From Callorhinchus milii (taxonomy: Eukaryota): a stretch of DNA of 64,000 nt. The position numbers and the translations under genes were made by a program. The stretch is taken from the NCBI RefSeq assembly GCF_018977255.1, contig NW_024704742.1:103418001-103482000 (forward strand), given 5' to 3'. The notes beneath the pieces are model-generated. The model saw only the letters and a program-made list of their open reading frames with translations, ran no database searches and was not told where the DNA came from. Shown here one piece after another: positions 1 through 11,485 of this stretch (position 1 is the stretch's first letter; every line of letters starts with the position of its first letter).

Positions 1-292
1 ATGAGATGTTAAACTGAGGTCCAGTCTGTCAGTTCAAGTGGATGTTAAAGATTGCATGGCACTATTCTAAAAGAAAAGGGAGTTTCTCCGGGTGTCCTGG
101 GCAACAATCCCCAAATAAAATTGGTCACTTACTCCATGGCTGTTTGTGGGTCATTGCTGTATGCAACTGGCTGCCATGTTTCGCTCACAAAATACACAGT
201 GAAACCACTTTATAGTGTATCCTGTGAAGTATTTTTGAGATGCCTGGATGATGTGATATGCTGCTATATCAAATGCAAGGATTATTATTATA
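1..292 (+). mobile_element. Deu-domain SINE (SacSINE1/AmnSINE1-like), 3' part
   Basis: atgagatgttaaactgagg...gtggatgttaaagat..catggcactatt...ggtgtcctgg resembles the Deu core as I remember it; ends in the shared tail tatcaaatgcaaggattattat. Confidence 0.7.
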
Positions 293-1004
293 ATAAACTC
301 GAAACAATAATGGAGCTACTAAAGCCACTACTCACAGTAAAACTGAGCCTAAATAGGATGCTCCCAAGTTCAATGTTGGGTTAGATGATTTCTGCCTGGT
401 CAATAACTATATTTGGTCTTAGTACACCTGTGCTAAAAAGGAAGATTTCTGATCACTATCTAGGCATCTGCTTGAAAGTGCTTAATAGCAGATAAAAAAT
501 GTGGACAAGATCAGACTGAGCGGTAAATCTCTCCCTCAACTTCCCCATCATGGGATACACATCCTTCAAATGACCATCCATCGGTTATGTGATTATCGTC
601 ATTGTGCATTTGATATGGTAAACGTTACCTACAATAGACTATCACTAACAGCATTTTGGATGCCCAGTGAGCAGAACCCATCTTCACACAACTTGCAGTT
701 CCTAACATTAAGGGAACTGCTGAATAGCCAAGCCCCCACCCCCTCCCAAAGCCCCCCACCCTCCCATACTGTTACAAAAAAACACATATCATAACAATAT
801 TAGAATTAATATACAGAACTTCAAATACTTAATAACATTTCTACAGTAAATAAGTATCTCGCACTGAAATTTGTGTAAGTGCAAAAGGGTTGAAAGACTA
901 CATGGGCTTTATTCTCCGCTCTCCGAAAAATATAGTGACCCTCTTGCAATATTTTGCTTGGAACATAATACGAGCTGTTCTCCCCAGGTCAGATTTTTAC
1001 TCTC

Positions 1005-1715
1005 TTAGAACGTGGGCAACATTAGTAGGGCCAGCATTTATTGCTGATCTCTAATTATCCAGTCTGAGTGTTTTTGCTTGGCCGTTTCAGAGCACATTCA
1101 AAGACAACCACATAGTGTGGGCCTGGAAAAATGTGTAGGCCAGACTGGGTAAGGATGGCAGAATTTCTTCCCTGAAAGACTTTCGTGAATCATTTAAGTT
1201 TTTGCAACAATCTGTCAGTTTTTATAGCCTTTTTTCTAGCGCCAACTTAAATTACAATGAAGTCCCGCTATAACATGGTCATTGGAGATTCCCAATAACC
1301 CAACTGGCTTTATAATGCGATAGCCAGATTCACTGTACATGTGCACGACCAACCGATTTGGTTCTTGCACTTCCCAGTCATCGGGTTACCAATGATGTCA
1401 CTTCCTATGTGTTGCGCATGCGTAAAGCAGGAAACGATGTCGACAGCAACCAAATTACTAGAAAGTCAACCATTTAGTTGGTTATCAGGTACCTACTGAA
1501 ATCACTTCCTGCTATTTGAGTGCGCGAGCGGTTTTGTGTGTGAGAGGCAAACAGGCTGGCTGCATGCAATTGTGGCGAATGGAGTCCACGGTGTAGCATC
1601 AAAACCGAATCATCACTATAAGTTAACATATTATAAAGGGACAAAACTGCACAAAATTTTGGAATTAAAACACAACATTACAGAGTGGGCCTTGAATCCA
1701 TGACTTATGGGATAC
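1005..1715 (-). mobile_element. Old shark-type SINE, split by a MITE insertion
   Basis: ggccagcatttattgc...gtaggccagactgggtaaggatggcagaatttcttccctgaaagac resembles a common elasmobranch SINE (recalled). A head-like segment resumes at about 1660-1715. Confidence 0.5.
1255..1649. mobile_element. Tigger/pogo-like MITE
   Basis: TA followed by CAATGAAGTCCCGCTATAA at the left end and TTATAAAGGGACAAAACTG at the right (13/19 inverted match). A related end lies in reverse at about 28790-28860. Confidence 0.5.
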
Positions 1716-2496
1716 TGTTCCATAAGTACAGTTGTTTGTCAGCATGCACAGTTACAATAAGAATTCCCACTATAAGAACAGTATGAACTCTTTGGTCTTA
1801 ATGGCAGACACACATGCACACTCCTGCTCCCAGTGATTTAAATACAAGTTTCCAAATGAGACTGTTGAGGGAGTACTGGCCGAAGTAATCATCGTGAAGA
1901 TATTTGAATATTACTGTAAATAACACTGAAGTTATCATTACTCAGCCATTACAATAAATTTCAAAGCTATTTTCTCTAAGTTTAATTAAAACCCATTTAT
2001 TTCTATTGCAATATTGTTTTGCATTCTAATGTTTGTAATCCATCAGATTTGTTCATTTGTGCAAATAAACCCCTACCCCAAGTAGTAATTCTTTGTGAAA
2101 TTGGGGGGGGGTGGGGGAGTATAATCAATGTGCTATAAGTGTGAACAGTGACAAATTGTGTGAATTAAATATAATTCACACTTGTAAATTGTAAATTGTC
2201 ACTGGTAGGTTCAGCACAGTTTCATGGACTGTTATACACTATACGAAAATATGTTTTCAACCATGTGTAAACTCCTGCTGCAATAATCAAACATACCCTT
2301 TAGGCTTTCATACATCACATTCAAGAGGTTGAGTACTGTTTACATATTGGTTAAGTATTTTTGTTCTGTACTTTTCCAGATAAAAATAAAAAGCATGCAC
2401 ATGTGTTGACATGGTCTTTTTAATCAATTTAGGGCAAATTTTCCAAGGCGCCATGATTTCATCAAATCTTTCTGAAGACATTTATAATAAAAAAAT

Positions 2497-2850
2497 TAAA
2501 ATCCTGCATTTGATACCTCACCATTCACATCAGGAGAATGTTTCAAAGAGATTCAGAGGATATACTGTAAAGTGGAGTCACGTCTATTTTATGGGTGGAA
2601 GTGGCAGCCAATCTGAGAACACCAATTGTCCACAAACAGCCATGAAGTGAATGATTTTTTTTTATTTAGTGGATTGTTGGCCAGGACACTGTGAGAAACT
2701 CCCTTCTCTTTCAAAAAGTGACAATGCCTCTGGGCAAAACCATTTAATGTCTCATCGAAAGGACAGCACCTCTAACATCCCCAGCACTGTACTGGAATGT
2801 CAGTCTCGACTAAATGAAATCAAAGTCCAAATGTGGGACTATATGAGATC
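2497..2850 (-). mobile_element. Deu-domain SINE, diverged
   Basis: Reverse complement of the 1-292 and 15548-15917 type (ttggccaggacac, tttaatgtctcatcgaaaggacagcacc). Confidence 0.65.
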
Positions 2851-3584
2851 AAAGTCCCGACATATTTGACAAAAATACTACAAATGCTTTCGTATAAATT
2901 CAGTGAGGCCTTTTTGAACATATTTTCTCTCTCTCCATGATTTTCTCCATCTTTATGTTTGTCACTATCTCCTTCTCTGATTCTAACCCAGCATCATAAA
3001 AATGTATAAATACTCCAGGCTCTGATGCAGATAAGCAGACATGCATATAGTTGGCATGTAGATAACAGGCATTGTACTATGATTAAAAACATCTGCAATT
3101 CCCTCTAGGGACTTGTATTTACACATAGTTTACACTATTCATAAATCAGACCGCTACACTATTCAACTCCTTCAGTGAGATTGCTGCCTTGTAATCACTT
3201 TCAGGGATCTTGCAATTAGCACAGCTCTTGCTATGTTGTATGATCCAAATCATTTACCCAACTATCTCCTAGGAGCAACATTTGCTTTTATGACACAACG
3301 GAATAAAATGCCAGCACCAGTGACGTCATCTATAGCAACCAGGAAAATTGAAGAAGATTTGGTTCATGATTATGTGAGAAGGAATACTAAGATAGAGAAG
3401 GTAAGGTTTGATATGAGATGGTGGATCCTTATCATTCCGACATTGGAGGAATCTAATAAAGAATTTCTAATGAGATTCCTTAATAAGGAAACAGAAAGTA
3501 GATCTCACCAACTGGCAGACTGATTGATAACCTGTACCTTTTGTTCATTAACCCAGCAGGTAGAAACAAAAGCAAGCACCAATA

Positions 3585-3735
3585 TAATAATAATAATCCT
3601 TGCATTTAAAATAGTGCCTTATCACATCATTGAGACGTCTCAAAGTGCTTCACAGAATATATTGCAAAGTGGATTTACTGTGTATTTTGTGGGTGAAATG
3701 TGGCAGTGAATTTCGCACAGCAGTGTCCCACAATG
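3585..3735 (-). mobile_element. SINE 3' tail fragment
   Basis: (aat)n ccttgcattt...gagacgtctcaaagtgcttcacagaatat matches the dominant SINE tail. Confidence 0.75.
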
Positions 3736-4492
3736 GTCTTAAAAAGTAAAAAAAAGTATTTTTTCCAAGGTAAGAATTAAAACTAATTCTAACCTAGCAG
3801 CTTTATTAGAACATTTGTCATAAAAAGTAATTGGTAAGTTTTTGGTCACTGTACTTATCCCAAATCCATGGACTGCATATTGATAGTTTGTGTAACCTTA
3901 TGTCATTATGAGGCAAAAACAGGAACAAAGGCAATCACCAAAGTAGTTTTCCAAGATAATAATTAAAACTAATAAGGGTTGAGAGTTTTAAAGACATTAA
4001 AATAATAATACAAATAATAACATTGTTATCTATGATAATAAACAATTAACAAAACATTTGTATTGAAATGTCTGGGGTATGTGTTTTGGTATTCTAAGAG
4101 TAATTACACCCTTCTCCCTTAGAAAAGTCTGATTTCCGGGTCAAAAGTCACCAAGGTCATCACTTCCTACATGCTGTCAATGTGATCTATAGTGACCTTA
4201 TGACCTGGAAGTGAGCCATTTTTGCAGTTCAAAATGCTGAAAAAATGTAAAAAAATGAGATTTCATCTTCCTCGATTTGGAGAATATTGGCAGAACTGGC
4301 AAAGACCAATTATTACCATGTAAAATCAGAAACCAGCAAGCTGAATTATATATAAATATAAAATAGCATGCAAGTTTTATTTATATAGCAATGTATTTGC
4401 CACAAGTGTGTCACAATATCTTAAACATCACTCATCGGAGCATTTGGGAAATCATCGCAGTGATATGCATTGAACTGCAGGGTGATTTTTTA

Positions 4493-4645
4493 AACAATTT
4501 ACATTTTACATTTATATAGCGCCCTTTCACGTCAGGAGGATAACTCAAGGAGCCTTAACAGCTGACTGGGAGTCAGGGGGGAGTTGAGGAATATGTCGAA
4601 AAGATAGATCTTAAGCCTGGCTTTGAAGGCAGAGTGGGAAGGACT
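4493..4645 (-). mobile_element. L2 LINE 3' end fragment
   Basis: catttatatagcgccctttcacgtcaggagga matches the tail of the 4777 L2. Confidence 0.65.
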
Positions 4646-4776
4646 TTTAAAACATTGTTAAATAATTATGCTATTCATGATATATTTTAATGTCCAAACA
4701 AATATTTAAGTGTGGCTTGATTATGAAAAAAAAGTCTTACAATGGGCTCTTTCACATCAGAAGTCTTTTCCCCCAA

Positions 4777-6262
4777 ACAACAACAACAACAACAAGATTC
4801 CATTTATAAAGCGCCTTTCACGTCAGGAGGACGTCCCAAGGCGCTGCACAGTTGGGTCATGACCCGAGCAGGGGGGAAATGGTCAGGGTGAGGGGAGGGA
4901 AGGGAGGGAGCGAGGAGGGGGGAAATGGTCAGGGTGAGGGGAGGGAAGGGAGGGGAGCGAGGAGCGGGGAAATGGTCAGGGTGAGGGGAGGGAAGGGAGG
5001 GAGCGAGGAGGGGGAAGAGAGTCGAGAGGGGAGCTGAAGGCACGGTCAAAGAGAAAGGTTTTGAGACCGGCCTTGAAGGAGGAAAGGGAGGAGGCGGCGA
5101 AGGCACTGGGGGATGGAGTTCCAGAGCCTGGGGCTGAGAGGCTGAAGGCCCGACCACCGATGGTAGGGCGGTTGGGGCGGGGGACGTGGAGCAGACCGGA
5201 GCCAGAGGAACGGAGGGTACGGGCAGGTAGGTAGGGGGATAGTAGGTTGGAGAGGTAGGAGGGAGCAAGGCCGTGAATGGCCTTGTAGGTGAGGATGAGG
5301 ATCTTGAAATCAATCCTCTGGGGGATGGGGAGCCAGTGGAGGCGAGCGAGGGTGGGAGTGATGTGGTCCCGAAGCCTGGTGCGGGACAGTACACGAGCTG
5401 CAGAGTTCTGAATGACCTGCAGCTTGTGGAGGGAGGTGGCGGGAAGGCCGGCGAGGAGAGAGTTCCCATAGTCCAGCCTTGAGGTGACAAAGGCGTGAAC
5501 CAGGGTTTCAGCAGCGTGAGGGGTGAGGTAGTGCCGTAGTCTGGCGATGTTCCGGAGGTGATGGAAGGCGGTGCCAGTTGTGGTGCGGATGTGAGGGAGA
5601 AAGGACAGCTCAGGGTCGAACAAAACGCCGAGGTTCCTGACTGGCTTTGAGAGGTGGAGAGTGCAGCCTTGGATGCTGATGGTGTCAGCGCCTGAGGTGC
5701 GGAGGCGCTGACGTGAGCCAATCAGGAGGGCCTCGGTTTTTCGCACGTTGAGCTGAAGAAAGTTGTCTCTCGTCCAGGACTCGATGTCGGACAGGCAGCT
5801 GTCAGGACATCGGTGGTCGTGGAGTTGAGAGTAGAGGAGGAAAGGTAGAGTTGGGTGTCATCCGCATACATGTGGAAGTTAACCCCATGTCTGCGGATGA
5901 TGTCACCAGGGGGAGCATATAGAGGGTGAAGAGGAGGGGACCGAGGACAGAGCCCTGAGGGACACCACATGAGACAGTACGGGGGGTGGAGGAGAAGCCA
6001 TTCGTCGAGACAAAGTGAAGACGGTGAGAAAGGTACGACCTAAACCATTCAAGGACAGTGCCTTGAAGGTTGAGGTGGGAGGACAAGCGGTGGAGTAGGA
6101 TAGCGTGGTCGACCGTATCGAATGCTGCCGATAGGTCGAGGAGGACGAGGAGGCAGAGGGAGCCCTGGTCACAGATGGTCAGGATATCATTGGTGACCTT
6201 GACCAGGGCAGTTTCTGTGCTATGGGCAGCACGGAAACCTGACTGAAGGGGTTCGAAAAGTG
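4777..6262 (-). mobile_element. L2-clade LINE, 5'-truncated, frameshifted RT domain plus 3' UTR and (TTG)n tail
   Basis: ORFs carry [44 protein letters not shown] and LHWLPI..RIDFKIL. CpG-rich, so probably young. Confidence 0.93.
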
Positions 6263-6774
6263 AAAAAAATCAAAGCCTGTCGATTAACAGAAAACGGCCA
6301 CAGAATTGAATGAGGAAAATTGGTTAAATATTTGAAGAGAACAATATAAAAAGAGTACGAGAAAAGAATAAACAATTGGGAGGAGCTAGGTTTAATGGAG
6401 GAGCTAGGTTTAATGGACCAAATAGGCTCCTTCTATGCTTCAATTTCTATGATTACATCAATTGTGATCTTGCATGAAGATGTACTGAAATCTGATCACC
6501 TGCTTCAAATTTATTCTGCACCAAATAAGTGCTCCAAAACGTATTTGTGTCTTTTGTTTCTAATGTAAATATGTCAGATTACTGTTAGAGGAAATGTTGC
6601 CATTACAAGTTGTGTCTATTCCAGGAGTGAAAACCCCCAAATATAAATACTAATTTTCTTCTTGTTTGTAAACTCTTAACAAGGATGTTCCTTCCTTCGA
6701 ATGCTCAGGCCAATAAGTTAGAAACTGTGTGTTAAAGCACATTTTAGAAACATGAGACAGCTTGAGATCTACTA

Positions 6775-6940
6775 TGCAGTGATTTCTAGCAGGATTCCTT
6801 AATATGGAAACCAGCACCATGTCATGCTGACTCACAGGAACTCTACTCTAGCACAGTTGATTTCTGAGTGGAGTTCCTGTGAATCACGGTGACATACCCC
6901 CAGGTTTCCTAATTAAGGGATCCCTTTAGAGATCACCACA
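6775..6940. mobile_element. Palindromic MITE-like element
   Basis: tcacaggaactctactc pairs with gagtggagttcctgtga, and ggattccttaatatggaaacc pairs with ggtttcctaattaagggatcc. Confidence 0.6.
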
Positions 6941-7419
6941 AATTGCACACCAAAGTGTGAATTTCATCCTGCGAAGCCCTGCACATAGAAATGTTAAGGC
7001 ACTAGGCATTTTAAGGCACGACAACATTGAATTGTCTTGATTTGAGAATTCGCCCACAAAATATACCAGAAAATTACAGTATATTCTATGAAGCATTTTG
7101 AAATGTCTCAATGATGTGATAAATGCTATATCAAATGCAAGGATTATTATTATTCATGGCACGGGAGAGGAGTTTGAACATGAAATTTCATCCTTAAATT
7201 GGAAATCGTATACTAAAGTCCACAGTTTAGGAACACGAGACAATTAAGTTGTAATATGTAGTGATTTCTAGCAGGATTCCTTAACATGGGAACATTTTTG
7301 TCTTTTTGTTCTGCCTACACAATACAATCACTGCAGTTTACAATATTTTCTGTGGAGTGGCATCCTGATGTGAAATCCTGGCGAGTGCAATGATTATGTA
7401 TTTTGTAATTGAACACAAC

Positions 7420-7600
7420 ATCCAATTTGCACACTGCAATATCCCACTGAGAGCCATGAAGTGAATGACCGATTTTATTTGGGGGGGTGGGTGGCAGATG
7501 ACAACCACACTAAGAAACTACTTGACTTTTTGAACAGTGCCATGGAATGTTTAATGTCCATCTCTACAGGCAGATGGGACCTTGGTTTAACGTCCCGATG
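7420..7600 (-). mobile_element. Deu-domain SINE fragment
   Basis: agtgccatggaatgtttaatgtcca...caggcagatgggaccttggtttaacgtc. Confidence 0.6.
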
Positions 7601-8749
7601 TGGGTCGGCAGGTGTATAATTCTATTCCTGTTATTTCTGCTGATCTGTACATATTTAATTAAGGCTGGACTGACTATATGTGTATATTTCAGAAAAAACA
7701 ATCACAGCAGGAATAATTTTCTCACCCTCTCTCTGATTCATATAAATGTCACAGGAACATACAGTAAATTAATCATCCATAACTGAGGTAACCCCTCACT
7801 CGCAGCACTATCTCCTCTCTAGATTTCCTACCGCTTAATACAGTCCAACTGAAACACAAAGACTTCCATCATAAATACAGTGTTTTTTGTTGTATCCTGG
7901 TGGTTGGCTACATTGTGTACACCATATCTCAAACAATAATACCTTGATTTCATGTCCAGAGCTTCCACTTTATTTCTCTGTCAAAGCCATCAATAAAATA
8001 TCCCATATCTCTGACAAATAAAACATTACCATCACTTAAAATTAATCTTTGTTTGTAATTATTAGTTCATGGCTTTGCCTATCAGTTCTGCCTGGTATGT
8101 GATCACGCTGTTGTGCCAGATAACATTCCAGTGTACAGTGAATGAAGCTGAGCAAAACAGTGCTGCATTTTGCAGCCTCCCATTAGAGTTTGTATTAACC
8201 TAACATATAGTGTCTAAGAATAGCTGCACATGGGTAAAGTCAGTTTAACTGGTGCAAAGAAACATTTTGTTTGTTTTTGGCCCTGACACTGGCTATCAGC
8301 TAATTTCTGCACGCCTCCATGCTGTTGGTTTAGGTAGGTACTCCCAGTACGTTTTGCTCATAAATCCAAGATTGCATTCTCTGAGCAGGACTACATACCG
8401 CCCAGGCATAGTGCATTGCGTGGGATTCAATCTTTCCTGTATTAATTGCCTTTTACCAGCATTAAAAAGCCACAACTGCTCATTTTAATACTGTGTGTGG
8501 TAACAAATGGTATTAATGGAATATTTTGTGTGCTGGGTTATATTAGCAAAACATCCAGAGGGCTGGAAATCCAATTTCCTCTATTTCTGGAAATGTGGTT
8601 AATATTCCTGACAGAGAGGATTTACTTCCTCCCTGGGGATGACCAGGCACCAATCTCGATCTTTCTGTGAGCTCTCTAATGGAATTTTTAGTGATCTCCA
8701 TTGTGTTCCCACTGGAAAAACTGAGCTCTCACTTGCTTGGCTTTCCTTC

Positions 8750-9555
8750 CCCTCCATAAAATCATGTGGCTCCAGCACTACTTTTTCCCTTGGGCCACTG
8801 AAACCCTCATCCATGTCTTTATCACATCCTGGATCAATTATTCAAACGCCCTGCTCATTGGATTCCCCCAATTCATCCCTACACAAGCTGCAGAACTCTG
8901 TAGCCTATGTCCTCTCCCACACATGGCTCCATTAGCCTATCACCCCCAACCTCACTTGGCTCCATTACACTTGCCCCACCAACCCTCACCCCCACCCACA
9001 GCATATCGAATTTAAGATCTCATCTTCACTTTCAAATGTTTGTGGGACATTGCTGTGCGCAATTGGCTGCCGCGTTCGCCCACAAATATACAATCAATTC
9101 ACTTTACAGTCTATTCTGTGAAGCGCTTTGGGACGTCCTCTCGACGTGAAAAGCGCTATATCAAATGCAAGGATTATTATTATTATTATTATTATCCACA
9201 GCCTCACCACACCCTACCTCTGTCACCTTCTGTAACTCTACTGACCAGGCTGCTTAGAAAATAGTAGCTTGCTTCATGTCTCTTGCCGAATCTGCCCCAT
9301 TGCTGGTGGGCAAGCCTCCAGCCATTCTCCCACCATTCCCTTGAACTCCAAACCGGAGTTTCTCTGCTTTGCCTCCTTCCCTCCCTGCCTTCAAAACCCA
9401 CTTAAAGACCTATCTTTTGGACTGGGCTTTCACCTCTCCCCTCCCACCATCACTCAGCTTGTTCCCTCTACCCCCCAGCTCGGGCTCTCAGCAAAGTGCA
9501 GATTGATTCCAACTTGAAAGGTGCTACACAAATTCATTTAAATTGTCGTTGTAGT
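8750..9555 (+). mobile_element. Degraded L2 3' fragment interrupted by a SINE tail (about 9037-9194)
   Basis: ETLIHVFITSWINYSNALL and SLHKLQNS motifs; the SINE body inside is near-identical to the young copies. Confidence 0.75.
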
Positions 9556-9905
9556 ACAACAATTAGGAGAATGGAATTTATTCATGGTTCCTTCAGTAAT
9601 ATTATGCCTTTTTGATCAGCAGATGGGGACTTGAGATTGCTAGGTTTTCAAATGAAATGAACAGAAGGTCAGTGGAACATTGCTGTGCATAAAGAGCATA
9701 ATGGAGCGATTTGAGTGAAACAAATGATTTATTCTGAAGTTTTAAAACAGTAAGAAATATCTCAGTCTCTCTTCATCTCTTTTAATATCAATTTAATATC
9801 ACTGTTCCCAATTATCCTTCATTATATGGACCTGTCACGGTACAAAGCATCCGTACCTCTCTTATCCAACTGAAAGACCTGATACTGTTAACATTCCAGC
9901 TATTT

Positions 9906-10257
9906 AGTCCTGTAGCTCAGTGGTTAGAGCACTCGCCTCACAATCGAGAGACCTGGGTTCGATTCCCGGCAGGGTGAAATCTTGGCCAAGCTTCCTTACT
10001 CCACATGACACTGTTTACCTAGCAGTAAGTGGGAACCCGGTTGTTAGTCGATTGGCGGATTACTTTTCTGGTGTTAATAATCCTTCAAAAAAGCAATAAT
10101 AATTTGGTCACTCAATCCACGACTGTTTGTGGGACTCTGCTGTACGCAATTGGCTGCTGTGTTTCGCCCACAAATGTACAGTCAATTCACTTCACAGTAT
10201 ATTCTTTGAGACGTCTCGAAGATGTGAAAAGTGCTATATCAAATGCAAGGATTATTA
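9906..10257 (+). mobile_element. tRNA-derived SINE, long form
   Basis: A box tagctcagtgg, B box gttcgattcc, extra central segment ctgtttacctagcagtaagtgggaacc, L2-like tail. Confidence 0.9.
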
Positions 10258-10419
10258 CAACAACAAGATTACATTTGTATAGTGCTTTTCATGTTGGGAG
10301 GACGTGAAATATTATAATTATATCTCTGAGAGTTAATTTCTAATTGCATTCGGAACATGGGATCCGATTTCTGAACACATCGCCATCGCTCTGTACAGCT
10401 TGTACTCTTTCTTTTACAA

Positions 10420-10562
10420 CTCATAAGACCATAAGTCCCCTCAAGCCTGCCCCACCATTTAATAAGATCATGGCTGATCTTCTAACCTAATTCCATTTAC
10501 CTGCCGTATCCCCATTTCCCTTAAATCCTCTATCCTTTAGAAATCTATCAACCTCTATCCAT
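10420..10562 (-). mobile_element. CR1 LINE 3' end
   Basis: cataagaccataag...cctcaagcctgccccaccatttaataagatcatggctgatc resembles shark CR1 tails (recalled). Confidence 0.6.
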
Positions 10563-11176
10563 CTCTTCGCACTTCTTAATTTGCCTTTCAAGCATCTTTC
10601 ATATGATCACTAACCTTTTCTTAAGACTAGCAGGTGCCTCCAGTCTGCAACTCAGATATCACAGCAAGCAAGTCACAAATATCAGAAACCTCTGCCTCTC
10701 TAACCATACGGCAGAAATTGCACAGCTAAAACCCCTAGCACATTTCTCAAGCGCTTCACTGAACCAATCACTGTCTCCCACACTGATAGCCACAGCTTGA
10801 CCAAAAACAGCCTCAATATTTGTCTCCAGCACTGCATGATCACCACTTCACCAAAACAACTGCAACATCTGTCTCCATCCCCACATGGCACTATTTCACC
10901 AATTCAGCCTTGACATCTGTCTCCATAACACTATGCCTTGTATAACATCTGATTTATGTGTCGAACAGTATATTTGTGGCGGTTTTAAAAAGCAAAAGCA
11001 GGAAATGGAAAGTTAAGTAGCTTCCACTTTGCTTCCCATAGCTTTGCCTTGAGAGCCCACATCTAACTCCCATCGCCCTTCCCCTCTAACCAAATTAGAA
11101 AAAATTCTAATTTTCTCCTCATTTTTTCTATGTCTCTTTACTCCTGGTATGCAGCCTAATCTTGCTCGGGTGGAGT

Positions 11177-11485
11177 GGAGTCCTGTAACTCAGTCGTTAG
11201 AGCACTCGCCTTGCAAGTGAGACACCTGGGTTCAATTCTAGGCAGAGCGAAACCTTGGGCAAGTTTCCTTACTCCACATGTCTAATAATAATCCCTCCAA
11301 AACAAAACAATAATTAATTGGTCATTTTCAATCCACGACTGTTAGTGGGACATTGCTGTGCGCAATTGGCTGTCGCGTTTCGCCAATATACGGTCAATTC
11401 ACTTTACAGTCTATTCTGTGAAGCGCTTTGAGACATCAAGAAGACGTCAAGAAAAGCGTCCAAATGCAAGGATTATTATTATTAT
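11177..11485 (+). mobile_element. tRNA-derived SINE, short form
   Basis: ggagtcctgtaactcag head with A and B boxes; (att)n tail. Confidence 0.9.

Noticed and set aside
4866..5015. CRISPR-like array
   Set aside because: The units are contiguous with no unique spacers, there are no cas genes, and the context is vertebrate.
4804..5721. 305-aa Ser/Pro-rich ORF
   Set aside because: Alternative frame of the C-rich L2 strand.
6378..6415. 18-nt tandem duplication ggaggagctaggtttaat
   Set aside because: A simple slippage event inside a probable CR1 tail, with no sign of function.
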